Assembly: GCA_951406725.2 (NCBI GenBank) | Contig: OX597824.1 | Location: 35,092,001 to 35,156,000 of the forward strand | Direction: 5' to 3' | Length of the DNA stretch: 64,000 nt | Source: Octopus vulgaris | Taxonomy: Eukaryota | Shown: positions 35,974-49,176 of the stretch, in pieces | How the letters are laid out: the number at the start of each line of letters is the position of its first letter | Position numbering within the stretch: the first letter of the stretch is position 1 | The notes under the pieces: generated by a model | Databases searched by the model: none | Told to the model about the DNA's origin: nothing | The model's input: the letters and a program-made list of their open reading frames with translations, nothing else | Program-made: the position numbers and the translations under genes

Positions 35974-38900
35974 AACCTTCTAAATATAGTATAACTTATT
36001 TAGTAAATTGTGATTGGTTAAATAAAGTGATAAGTAACAAGTAATATCTAAAAAGGCTTGTTAGTCTGCCTCATGGACAACATGGAAAAGCACTGTCCCA
36101 GAGGATGGTGAGGGAGATGCACTGGAACAACCATTCTGACTCACAGGGCTTGCACTTGTAGATAGCCATTTATGCCCCAATAGTGGTGAGCTGGATGTGG
36201 TCTGGGGGCTGACAGTGCCAGAGGTCTCGACTTCCACACTGACGTCTCAATTTCAGAAAGAGGTTCTTTGAACACAATTTATTGCATTGATGTACTCTTC
36301 ACAGTAACAGCAATTACCAACATGCAAAAAAAGAGATGCAATGTTAACTGTTTTTAAGACAAACAACCAAAGCCAACACTAAGAAACAGCAGTTGTCTTC
36401 CAACAAATATCTCTTCAAGAACTAGAAGTTCCTCAACAAGCTTCACACAAGGAAGGGCCATTGTAAGATCAACATAATCAAATATGGCACACAGTGACAG
36501 TGAATGTGAAAACTGTGATACAAACCATATCAATATTTAAATGCCTAAATGTAAATCAACAACACAGTATAGAAAACCTGATAGGGGCAAAGAAAGGACG
36601 TTGCTTGTTATGTAATAACTTGACTGAATATCCGATATTTAGACTAAATGTTGAGCAGAAAAGTAGGTTAAATTCACTTTGTGTTAGATGAGACATTAAA
36701 TAGGAGCAACATGCATGAGTGCCACATAGTTTTCCACACAATCAGTTATCATAACTTATTACGTAATGTGATACTATGAAAGCAAAAACCAACATGCTCA
36801 ATTTAGATGTTACTTGCAAGTGTTCAGTGAACAGACCAGACTTACTTTGCAACAAAGGTAATCAGAGGATGGACAGGGGACAAAATAACTTTACTCTTTA
36901 CTCTTTTACTTGTTTCAGTCATTTGACTGCGGCCATGCTGGAGCACTGCCTTTAATCGAGCAACTCGACCCCAGGACTTATTCTTTGTAAGCCCAGTACT
37001 TATTCTATTGGTCTCTTTTGCCGAACCGCTAAGTGACGGGGACATAAACACACCAGCATCGGTTGTCAAGCAATGCTAGGGGGACAAACACAGACACACA
37101 AACATACACGCACATCTATATATATATATATATACATACATATACATATATACGACGGGCTTCTTTCAGTTTCCACCCACCAAATCCACTCACAAGGCTT
37201 TGCTCTGCCCGAGGCTATAGTAGAAGACACTTGCCCAAGGTGCCACGCAGTGGGACTGAACCCGGAACCATGTGGTTGGTAAACAAGCTACTTACCACAC
37301 ATCCACTCCTCCGCCTCAACTTTGTGTACCTTTTGTAGCAAGGGGCAAGATTAATGTCCCAACAATGGTTAAGTGCTAAATTAGTGATGGTTGCATAACT
37401 GATATGGAATGTTGTCACTTCAGATCTAAGTGTATTTGCTAAGATTGTTTTTGAGTTTCGTAGTCCATACATAAAGCATGTTCAATATCATCACCATCAT
37501 CATCTCCTCCTCCTAACACCCATCTTTCATGCTGGCATAAGTTAGACAGTTTTGACAGGATCAAAAAAAGTCTGAAAGATTGCGTTATGTTGTAATGTCT
37601 GCTTTGGCATGGTATTGCAGCTGGATGCCCTTCCTAGCACAAATTTTATTACCACCATTGAACAGTGGACATTAACTTGTCCCCCACCACTGCTAGACAA
37701 CTGGTGCTGGTGTGTTTATATCTCAGTAACTTAGAAGTTCAGCAAAAGAGATCAATAGAATAAGTAGCAGGCTTAAAAAATTAAGTACTGGGGTCGACTT
37801 ATTTAACTAAAATTCAAGGCAGTGCCCCAGCATGGCCACAGTCTGATGACTGAAACAAATAAAAGATAAAAGACAGTCAACCAAGAGTGCGGCAGTTCAG
37901 ACATCAGCAGTGTAGTGCATGTGTAGCCTACATGCTTAATTCACAAACAACAAGGTCTACTTAGCTGCAAATAGATGCCACAGGGTGGGAACAACTTACT
38001 GAGCTCAAATTACTTTGTACAACTGAAAAAACATCTGCATCACAATTGAAACTAGTGTTTGTCAATAACCTTTGCTCTGCACTGTCATTTGATCTGAACT
38101 CTGGGTATTATTGGAGAGGTGGTTGTACAACAGATTATTCCATGTTAAAATGATCATAGACAGGTATCTATCACTAGAGTAATATCTTCTTTGACAACAA
38201 GGTTTCCTGCTACTAAATAAGATAAAGTTATTTCAACAGAACTATTTTTATACCCGCAGACCACATCAAATTTTAATATCTGGCACACAAACCTAAGCTC
38301 AACATTTTGTTGAAAGTTATGAAGTTATGTAAACAAAAAAAAATTCAAAGTTCATTAAATAAGCAGCTTTTAAAAAAAAACACAAAACTAACTCACTGAA
38401 ATTTCAGAGAATAAAAAATAAACAAACTTTTAAATTAGAGTTAAATACTAGAGAGATATCTTGCCTAATGTCAAATTGATCAATATTTTTAGAATATTGC
38501 ATAGATTAATAGAAAAACTATGCAAGAACTAATGGAAGTTCGTTAAATATTTAACGAGAGAAAACTTGGAATGATTAACATTATGCATTTTTTTAATATG
38601 CACACTCATGATTAAATTATCTTTTTGTTCTGTTTTTTTTTTTTCTTCAGAAAAATTTGTGGTAAAAGAATTTAATAAATAATAATTAAGAACTAAAAAG
38701 TTAATGAGTTAAAGAGATTTAGAAAGATATGAAAAATAAGAGATTCTGAAATTATAAAGTAAAAAATATTTTACTAATTTTGGAAAGTAAACAAAAGGAT
38801 AAGCAGCAATGAAATTGTACCAGAAGCCTCTACATGGTCACTCAAAATGCTAAAGACCACAGCCAAATCTACTTAAAATCAGATCTTACTGTTTAAAACT

Positions 38901-39284
38901 ATGGAGGACAACTGGACAAATTCACACTGAATAAAAAGAGGATCACAACTAGGAACATTTTATAATAAGGCTGTTTTAGCATACTTGATGAGGCACTGAA
39001 CAACAGCAACAAATTCAAAATGAGAAAATAAAGAATAGATTCAAAAGAATTCAATGTAAAATAAAATTTGCATATTTCTCAACAAAATCAAAAGGAATGG
39101 TTTTATAATTCACATAAGAGAATCAACTTTTTGAGATAAAAATTGGAAATAACAACCTTCAAAGAAACTTCTTCAATGTAGCAAACCGCAGACATACATA
39201 CATGTATGTTGGGGGGGGGGGTTCCTGGCTTAGAAGCTAAACCAAAAATTAAGAGGACTTAAGGTAAACCCAAGAAAGGTAAGT

Positions 39285-39520
39285 GGAGGTATGTGACTTA
39301 GTGGTTAGGGTGTTGGACCAATGACCAGATTGTGGCTTTGATTCCTGGACCGGATAACATGTGTTCTTGAGCAAAGCGCTTCATTTCACATTGTCCCAGT
39401 CCACTCAGCTGGCAAAATTAGTAATCCTGCGATGGACCGGTGTCCTGTCCAGGTGGGGAATATATACATCATGGAAACCGGTCCTATGAGTCTATATGAC
39501 ACAGGAAGCACCTTTACTTC
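39285..39520 (+). mobile_element. tRNA-derived SINE with conserved-core-like segment; related head at ~43585-43830
   Basis: TAGTGGTTAGGG head, GTGTTCTTGAGCAA, CCTGCGATGGACCGGTGTCCTGTCCAGG; recalls metazoan conserved-core SINEs, family not verified. Confidence 0.6.
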
Positions 39521-40903
39521 ATGGAGATGTGTAACTTAGTGCTGTTCCTACTAATCATTTCTCTTTTCTCTTTCTTCCCCTCTCCTACTATATGTGAGTA
39601 GCCTTGCAAGAACCTGCTTCATCCATCATTTAGCCACCTGTTCCCATGCATAAAGCTGACACCCACCACCACCTCTGGGTTTGTAGTCCTGCAAGCAGCA
39701 TGGTGGCCTGAACAGTGGTGATGACATGAAAAAAAAAAAGCACCTTGTAAACAGTATAAAGTGGTTGGTGTTAGGAAAGGCATAGAGCTGAAGAAACCAT
39801 GCCAAAGCAGGCACTGGAGCACAATACAGTCCTTGGACCTACTGGGTCATGTCAAACCATCCAACATATGCCAGCATCATGGAACCTGAATGCTAATTGA
39901 TGATGATGATACACACACACATATATATATATGGAAAACTTCATAAATTGTTACTCTGAATTTTGATTAATGAACATTAGACAACAGTTACCTTTTAGAA
40001 CAATACAATGATCTTTAAATATGTGTGTGTGTGTGTGCACGCACCTGCACATGATAAGCTTCTTTCAATTTATGTCTACAAAATCCACTCACAAGGCTTT
40101 GGTCAACCTTGGTCTGGAGTAGAGGACAACTGTCCTAAGTGCCATGCAGTGAGACTGAACCCAAGACCACATAGTTGGGAAGTAAGCTTCTCAGTCACAC
40201 ACCCACTCTTGCTCCAGACACAATGCCTTGTGAGTGGATTTGATAGATGAAAACTGAAAAAGGTTTGTCATATATCTGTATATACATATGCATATATCTA
40301 TAAGTATGTGTGTGAATGTAGGTTTGTTCCTTTGTAACAAGTGTCACTGTTATAAAGGTAGTGTCATTCATTTCCATGGGCACTTTACTCCTTGTACATC
40401 TGACTTGAGCAAATAAGGCCCTACATTCTACTGAAGCACACACAATTGTGTTGACATACAACATATGTAGCTACAGACATAGCTATAATGTTTATACTAT
40501 TATTGTTGCTGCACAGGTTACTCATAAAGTTGATGGATTGGCAGGTGTGGAGTTGGTTGTATTGATTTTGGTGTTGATGACAGTAGGTGTATTGTTTTTG
40601 GTAGTGGTGGTCATAATGTTCTAGCTGATGTCATTGTTGTTGCTGTTTATTCTCAAATCAATCCTCACTGAACTAAGACCAACAAAATTGCATTCAATGT
40701 TTAAAATATAATAAAGTAGCACAATATTGCATGTGATTGTTTTTTTTTTCCATCTATTAATTTCTGCATACAATTGTTACTGTTGTCAGTCATTGAGAAG
40801 TTGATGGGCCAATAATGGTGGTGATGATAGAAAGTGGTTGTGAAGGTTCATATATCTATACATATATATATATATATGAATGAATAAATACATGCATACA
40901 TAG

Positions 40904-43338
40904 GCATGGAAGGACTAGAAGAACAGTGGTAGCAGGAAACTGTATCAGACTGCCAGAAGGGAAGCTAGGAGACAGGTTTACTTAGTCAGAGAGGAAGCAG
41001 ATAAGAAAACAATTTGCCAATGTTCTGCATTGTGAGCACCGAAGACTTGAAGCGTTTCATATTGCAAGACAGTGTGTGAGAGTGAATCATGATGTCATAA
41101 GAGAGAAATGTGTCCACATGGATGATGACTCACTTGCATCTAATGAGGCTGCAAAGAGAGAGACTTGGAGATGCCATTACGAAAGGTTGCTAAATGAAAA
41201 GAATGAATGGGAGAAAGAGAGTCCACGGAATGTTGACCCAACAGAGGGGCCAGCTATCCAAATTGACAGTACCTTGGTAGATAAAGCAATTAAGGGTATC
41301 AAGATATGGAAAGCCCCCGGCCCATCAGGAATCACCGCAGAGATGCTTAAAATATCAGGCGATGTCAGCTATAGTCTAGTCACCCATATAGTCAATCAGG
41401 TGATACATGAAGGAGTCATACCCAATGACTGGTGTAGCAGCACCATAGTCAACTACTACAAAGGTAAAGGTGATGCATTAGATATGAATAATTACAGAGA
41501 TATCAAGTTGTTGGATCAGGTTATGAAAGTCACAGAGAGGGTCATAGCCCAACTAATTAGGAAGAGAGTTTAGATGAGATGCAGTTTGGGTTTGTGCCAG
41601 GGAAAAGCACCACTAATGCTATATTTCTGGTAAGACAGCAGCAAGAGAAATACCAAGCCAAAGATAAACCTCTGTACCTAGCTTTTGTTGACATGGAGAA
41701 AGCCTTTGACAGGGTCCCCTGATCCCTTATCTGGTGGTCAATGCAGAAACTAGGGATACATGAGTGATTAATGAGAGCTGTACAAGCCATGTACAGGGAT
41801 GCTGTCAGCAAGGTGAGGATTGTCAATGATTATAGTAAAGTATTCCAGGTAGGGGTAGGGATCCACCAAGGATCAGTCCTTATCCCCCTCTTATTCATCA
41901 TAGTCCTCCAGGCAATAACAGAGGAATTCAAGACAGAATGCCCCTGGGAGCTTCTCTACGCTGATAACCTTGCACTAATAGCCAAGTCACTATCAGAACT
42001 AGAGGAGAGTTTCAGATGTGGAAGCAAGATCTAGAATCGAAGGGCCTTAGAGTCAATCTAGCAAAAACCAAAGTCTTAATAAGTAGGAAGGCAGACAAAT
42101 CACAAATACTTTCAGGTAGATGGCCCCGCTCAATCTGTAGAAAAGGCATAGGTAGAAACTCCATAAGATGTACCTGGTGTAAGTTATGGACACATAAGAG
42201 GTGCAGCAATATTAAAGGAAGGCTAACTGGGAAGATAGTTTTTGTGTGTGGCAAATGTTCAGGGGCAATAAATCCCGAAAACATGAAGAAAATAGCTTCC
42301 GTTACCTAGGAGACCAAGTTAGTAGCAGGGGTGGAATAAGAATAGCCTGGGCAAAGTTCAGAGAGCTCTTACCTCTGCTGGTAACAAAGGGTATCTCGCT
42401 AAGAGTAAAAGGTAGACTGTATGATAGCATGTGTGCAAACAGCCATGCTACACGGCAGTGAAATATGGGCTGTGACTGCTGAGGACTTGTGTAAGCTTGC
42501 AAGGAATGAAACTAGTATGCTCCGCTGGATGTGTAATGTAAGTGTGCATACACGACAAAGTATAAGTGCCCTAAGAGAAAATTTGGACATAAGAAGCATC
42601 AGATGTGGTGTGCAAGAGAGGCGACTGCGCTGGTATGGTCATGTGTTGCGCATGGATGAGGACGGCTGTGTGAAAAAGTGGTTCACCCTAGCAGTACAGG
42701 GAACCTGTGGAAGAGGTAGACCCAGGAAGACCTGGGATGAAGTGAAGCATGACCTTTGAATGTTGAGCCTCACTGAGGCGATGACAAGTGACCGAGACCT
42801 TTGGAGATATACCGTGCTTGAGAAGACCTGGCAAGCCAAGTGAGATGGTAACTGTGGCCTAATCATTGAGCAATAAACTGTGATTGCTAAGGCCTCTTGA
42901 GTCAGTGAAGTCATTGTCATGGCTGATGATAGAACCACCTGATTGGTACCCATGCCGGTGGCACATAAAAAGCAGCATTTGAGCATCGTTGATGCCAGTG
43001 CTGGCTGACTGGTCCCATGCCAGTGACACATAAAAGGCACCATTGGAGTGTGGTCATTGCCAGTGCCACCTGACTGGCTACTGTACTGGTGGCACGTAAA
43101 ATGCACTGTTCAAGCGAGCTTGATGCCAGCACTGCCTGACTGGCCCTTGTGCCAGTGACATGTAAAAAGTACCCACTACACTCTCGGAGTAGTTGGTGTT
43201 AGGAAGGGCATCCAGCTGTAGAAAGTTAGCGAGATCAGATTGGAGCCTGGTGCAGCCTTCTGGCTTGCCAGCCCTCAGTCAAACAATCCAAACCATGGTG
43301 CATGGAAAGCAGACATTAAACAACAATGTTGATGATGA
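40904..43338 (+). mobile_element. 5'-truncated RTE-clade LINE, copy 2
   Basis: KAPGPSGITAEMLK, NYRDIKLLDQVMK, HQGSVL.PLLF, LLYADNLAL, PHD-like finger, GRGRPRKTWDEVKHDL, 3' array, GAT tail. Confidence 0.93.
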
Positions 43339-43340
43339 TA

Positions 43341-43570
43341 CAGGGTGTTCAAAAAGTCTCTCCACAGTGAATTTTCTCCAAAATGTATTTCAAAACTTGT
43401 AGAAGAGTCAACTTATGTACTGAAACTGAAAGACAACACTTTCAACACCTCTTATAAAGTTTTTTGAAGTCTTGTAAAGTCTAATATATGTTTTTGTAGT
43501 CTTATACCATCTTATAAATATTTATTTTGCAATAAACTACTTACTGCAAAGAAACTTTTTGAACACTCTG
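43341..43570. mobile_element. 230-bp Tc1/mariner-type MITE
   Basis: TA on both flanks; TIR CAGGGTGTTCAAAAAGTCTCT vs CAGAGTGTTCAAAAAGTTTCT. Confidence 0.88.
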
Positions 43571-43834
43571 TATATATGTATAGGAAGGTGCATGGCCTAA
43601 TGGTTAAGCATGTTGCATTTATGATCGTGAGATCATAGTTTCAGTTCTCAGAACCACTGCATTTTGTGTTCTTGAGTGAAAGACCTACTTTCATGCTGCT
43701 CTAGTCCAATCAGCTGTAGATGAGCAACCCTTTGACAGATTAGACTTCCAATCAGAGGGAATGTTGGCCCGCTCACCTAGCCAGCAGGGCAGTATTGTTT
43801 GAAAGCTAAAACATGAGGTAAAGCACAATTCCCA

Positions 43835-45040
43835 CCGACGAGGTTTCAGGACATGCTGGCAGTGTACTGTAAACCGCCGGCACTGTCCTATTCTTTTTAT
43901 TATTTTTCCTTGTCTTTGATACAGGAGGGGGTGGTTCCTTCGCTTTAACCAGAGGATCATCACTCCCTCCCACTGCTTTAGGGTCCTTTGGGGAGCAACC
44001 ATTGTTGCTCACTTTTTTTACCCACTTTTTTCTGGGGAAGACTCTTCCACAACCAACTGTTCCAGGACCCTACTCTGGTCCTGGGGACAGTTCTTTTTGA
44101 TGTGACTCAGTTCCAGGCACAGGTGACACTTGGGGAGGGGATATCCCTCAATGATCACTGGGTATCTGCAACCGGCCATTTTCAAAATATCTGGAAAAAC
44201 CAGATTCTTGGCTGATAGGGTCCACAGGGTTAAAACAGCTTTTGACCCAACCCATCAGCCCTCGGCAAAATTTTAACATTAAGCAGCTTGTATCCGCTGC
44301 CACCCAGACCCCGGCAGATAGTGTCCTCTATCCACTCTTGTCCTATCCTGGGTGGCAACCTGCAGACCCAAGCTCTTGTCAACTTCTTCCCACCATACGT
44401 GGAAAGAAACAAAATATCTTTGCCCTCTAAGGGCTGGCTTGCAAATTTGCAAGCCTCCTCAGGGGTGTCAAATAGCAACCACACCACTGCATATTTGACC
44501 CCCCCCCCCAGATGAATTTAATAGTTGGCAAATATTCTGCCAACTCTTTTTTCAATTTGAGTCTTTTGAAAGAGGGTGATGGTGTCGAGCGACTTTGAGT
44601 AAGTCCTTAACAACACTGTCCTCTCTTCAAAGTCTTTCATCCATTGTTTGGGCAGGACAATCTCCCACTCCAATGTAGGGTTTTTTTTTCTTTTTTGCTA
44701 TGTTAAAAAAAAAAAATGCAGGAAGGAAGGAAGAAGACAAGAAACAGTTCCAAAACACAGTAAATTATTCTGGCCATCCTGGTACTCCTGGCTAACTCAG
44801 TAATCCTCTTGGTAAGGGCACAAAACAGTCACACAACAATTTCACCAAAAAATGGTAAAAAAATAAGCACAATTATAGTAGGAGGTATATGCCCCCAAAA
44901 CACACTTCTCACCGCTAAGTGAGACTTTAAACACAACTACAGGCAGACGATCTGCCAGGAACTCAGTGGAGATTTCTTGTTCGACGAAAATAAATAAACA
45001 CGAGCAAACAAACCCCCACTGAATCCAAAAAAAACAAATG
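43835..45040 (-). mobile_element. Retroelement gag/ORF1-like remnant with CCHC zinc knuckle
   Basis: YPVIIEGYPLPKCHLCLELSHIKKNCP (CX2CX4HX4C at 44128-44087) downstream of ORF 44487-44230; boundaries approximate. Confidence 0.7.
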
Positions 45041-45454
45041 CCTTATCTTGTAGTTGTGCTTTGCTTGTTCAATAATTCCTGACGTTGGTGTACAGTGATG
45101 TAACTCCAAGCAGTGCAAAGAAAACAGTGACCATCACATGTGCAGGGAAGCAAGCTTCTTACCACACAGCCACACCTGCGCCTATGTATGTATATATGTA
45201 TGGTGATTATAGTTTTTCAAACTGTTAACTATTTTGATGTTAGCTAAAACACCAAGAAGCAAACTTTTGACTAATAAGAAATTGTAGTTTTTAAATTCCT
45301 AAAATTTGGCCGTATTTCCACAATTAGAGGTCACACTTTATAATTCCCAAAAGTATGAAATCCTGTAACATGAGGTAATCATGTGGGGGGGATGCCTGTA
45401 TATAGATGCACATACACATATGTATACATACATACACATATAGATGTGTGTATG

Positions 45455-45494
<40 letters not shown>

Positions 45495-45677
45495 AAATCA
45501 GAAAATGGAGAAATACCTCTAAATCATTAATCAACAACCAGATAATACCCAATCACATACTTTATTGAACCACTACATAAGAACATTAAGGTTAAACATA
45601 AAAATATATAACAAAACAGCGTACGTGAATGAGTAATACAATAGGTACAATCATTATAAGAGGATATAAATAAATAA

Positions 45678-45717
<40 letters not shown>

Positions 45718-48700
45718 CTGTGTGTGTGTGTATATATATATATATATACACACACAAGTATACACATTTACACACGTATATATCTTTTACTTGTTTCAGT
45801 CATTAGACTGCGGCCATGCTAGAGCACCACCTCAAAGAGTTTTTTCTTTAATCTGGTATTTATTCTATCAGACTCTTTTGCCGAACTACTAAGTTATGGG
45901 GACATAAATACGCCAATCCCAGCTATCAAGCAGTGGTGGAGGACAAATACAACCACAAGCACACACACACACACGCAACAGGCTTCTTTCAGTTTCCATT
46001 GACACCACATCCACACATAAAGCATTGGTCTACCCAAGGCTATAGTACACTTTTGCCCAAGGTAACTAAACCCGGAACCATGTGCTTGTGAAGCAAACTT
46101 CTTACCCCCCCCCACACACACACACAGATCCCATATTGGGTGTTTAAGAATGGTCAGTGTTTTGTATAATGGTTAGTGTTTTCATTTTACTCCTCAATTG
46201 TAGGTTTTAGATCTGATTTGAATAAAGTTACTATCTGTGAGTGCTGTTATTCTGACAACAAAATATTCCTGCTGTCAAAGACTGAAGCTTCAGTGGATTT
46301 CCTAACAGTCACTCTTTAACCACTTCTCATACAGCTGTTAACCCTTTAGCATTTAAACCAGTCATGTGTGACCCAAATATTCTAACCTGCTTTATGTTCA
46401 AACCAGCCAGAACCAACCCCTCACACTGTTCTACAATGTCATTCTAAATATAAAAAAATTACATCATCAAAATATCAAATCTATGAGATAATGCGTGACT
46501 AATTCAAAATAATAATAATGTGAATAAATAAGCTTTATAGTTGACAGAGAAACTGGAATGCTAAGGATTAAACAACTTTTATCAGTTTTTATTATAAATG
46601 GGGTCAATTTTGGTTGAAATGAAAGCACAAAGTAAAGTGAATAGAACACACTCACCCTTCTCTAAAAGCTCACAGATTTTGTAGTGTATTAGTCTGTGTT
46701 GCTGCTTAGGCCCTGGCCAGCTTCAGCAAACAAACCTATGAATAAATGTGCTTGAAACCTGAATATGGATCGTTTTTGATGCAACTGACAGAGTATTATG
46801 CTTGAAGAAACAACCAGAATGTTACAGAAAGGAACTAGCAGAAAGCCAAGATTTTAAACAGCAAATTTCCAAAAGTTACAATAACCCAGTCTAAGTAACC
46901 CACATAAACAAAGAGAAACGTAGAAAAAAAGTCCTGAAGAGACAAAATAACATTCCTTGGAAACTAGGCAACTAAATGCTTTAAGCTAACCACAGACACA
47001 GGCTGACTGTCTGGTAAGAAGTTTACTTCCTAATCACATAGTTCCTGGTGCCACTGAATGACACCTTGGGCAGATACCTTCTACTATGGTAGAAACAAGT
47101 CTTGTGAGTGGCTTTGAAAGATAGAAACTGGAAGAACCCATCGCACGTGTGCACATGTGTGTGTGTGTGTATGTATATGTTTGTGTCCATATCTGTCCCC
47201 CATCACTGCCTGACAAGCAATGTTGGTGTGTCTATGGCCCTGTAACTTAGCAGTTTGGCAAAAGAGAACAATAGAACAAGTACCAGGCTTAAAGAGAACA
47301 TGAGTACTAGGGTTGATTAGTTCAACTAAAATTTCTTAAGGCAGTGTATCCCAAGTAAAATGTAAAACAACTATTTGTACTGACACATTGCCACCACCAC
47401 CACCTCATTTTTGAATAAGAACGACAACCAGTCAATCATTAAGAACAAAGATGGTGGATTAAAACAGCAGTGCATGATTAATTAACAAAATGTTCAAAGA
47501 TAATTTCCTGGCCAAATAAAGATCTCAATTGTAAAAAGATAGCCGAACCAATGTTCTGGGACTATGTTTCTAGAATATTTGCCATAAAATCAAAAGAATC
47601 ATCAATGTGAAGTCTTCAAGGAAAAAGATTGGCAGCAAAGAATAAAGACTTAGGAGTGATCTAAACTGCATAACCTAACTAAAGCATTACACCTGTGCTA
47701 TTATTACAAAAATAATAATGACATTTATTTCAATGAGTCAATTTCACCTTCAGCTGGACTGTTGCGATATTTGCACAGTAATTTTTAGAATCAATAAGAC
47801 ATCAATCTAAACAAACATTTTCTATTTCCATTCCAAATAGTTCTCAGCATCCTTGAAACAATCTCATTTTATCACCAATTCTAAAGAATATGGCCTCGAC
47901 TTGCATTTTTCAAGAGAAAACAACAGCATTTTACATGCATATAAACAAATTAGAAATACTTATAATAGTTGTTTTGTTATTTCAAATAAAAGCTTAGTAT
48001 TACCTAAATCCTCTTGCATCATGTAGGAATTAAAACTAATCATTAACGATTATGTGGTTGTCAAGTAAATAATTAATAATACTCACAATTTCAGAATTAA
48101 CAATGCTAGTGTTAAAAAAGAAAATAAGAAGAAAAAAAAAACAGACAGAAGTGAAAAATGTAAACAAGTAATCCTCAGACAAGAAAAATTGTAGTCAATT
48201 TTAGATGAGATAAATAAATGAAAGGATCCAAACAAGTTTTCCATTTGACTAATAATGACTGCTTGATCAATTAATTAGACAGTGGGTGACTAATCAACTG
48301 CATCCTTGCTACTGATACAAAAACTTTCAGAAACATACAGAAATGCAAAACAGAGTCCAAAGTACATAATCATTGTACAAAAGACAAAAGTGAATTGCAC
48401 AACACACATGCATGCACACACATTCCTTAGTTCAGTCATTGGACTAAAGCTATGCTGGGACACTGCCTTGAAGGGTTTAGCCACACAGATCACCCACAGT
48501 ACTTATTTTTGTTTCGATGAAGTTTGGTACTAATTCTATCAGTCTCTTTTGTTGAACTGTCAAGTTATGGAGATGTAAACAAACCAACACCAATTGTCAA
48601 GCATTGGTTGGGGACAAACAGAAAGACCCAAATGCACACATACACACACAAATATATATGCATATATACATATGTATATATACATACACACACAGGACAG

Positions 48701-49141
48701 GCTTCTTTCAGTTTCCATCCACCAAATACATTCCTAAGGCTTTGGTTGACCCAGGACTACAGTAGAAGAAACTTGCTCAAGATGCTGCCAAGTGAGATTG
48801 AACTCAAGACTTCATGGTTGGGAATCAAGCTTTTTAACTATATAGCCATGCCTGCACCAAGGCGGCGAGCTGGCAGAATCGTTAGCATGCCGGGCGAAAT
48901 GCTTAACGGTTTTTCGCCTGCCATTACGCTCTGAGTTCAAATTCCGCTGAGGTCGACTTTGCCTTTCATCCTTTTGGGGGTCGATTAAATAAGTACCAGT
49001 TACATACTGGGGTCGATGTAATCGACAATCTGTTTGTCTGTCCTTGTTTGTCTCCTCTGTGTTTAGCCCCTTGTGGGTAGTAAAGAAATAAGAAAAATAC
49101 AGAATGCTTCACGAATTTGCATGTCAACCTTACACATACAC

Positions 49142-49176
<35 letters not shown>

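Noticed and set aside
36245-36260. Two in-frame TGA codons as possible selenocysteines
   Set aside because: No start codon, splice structure or SECIS evidence; decay or chance is more likely
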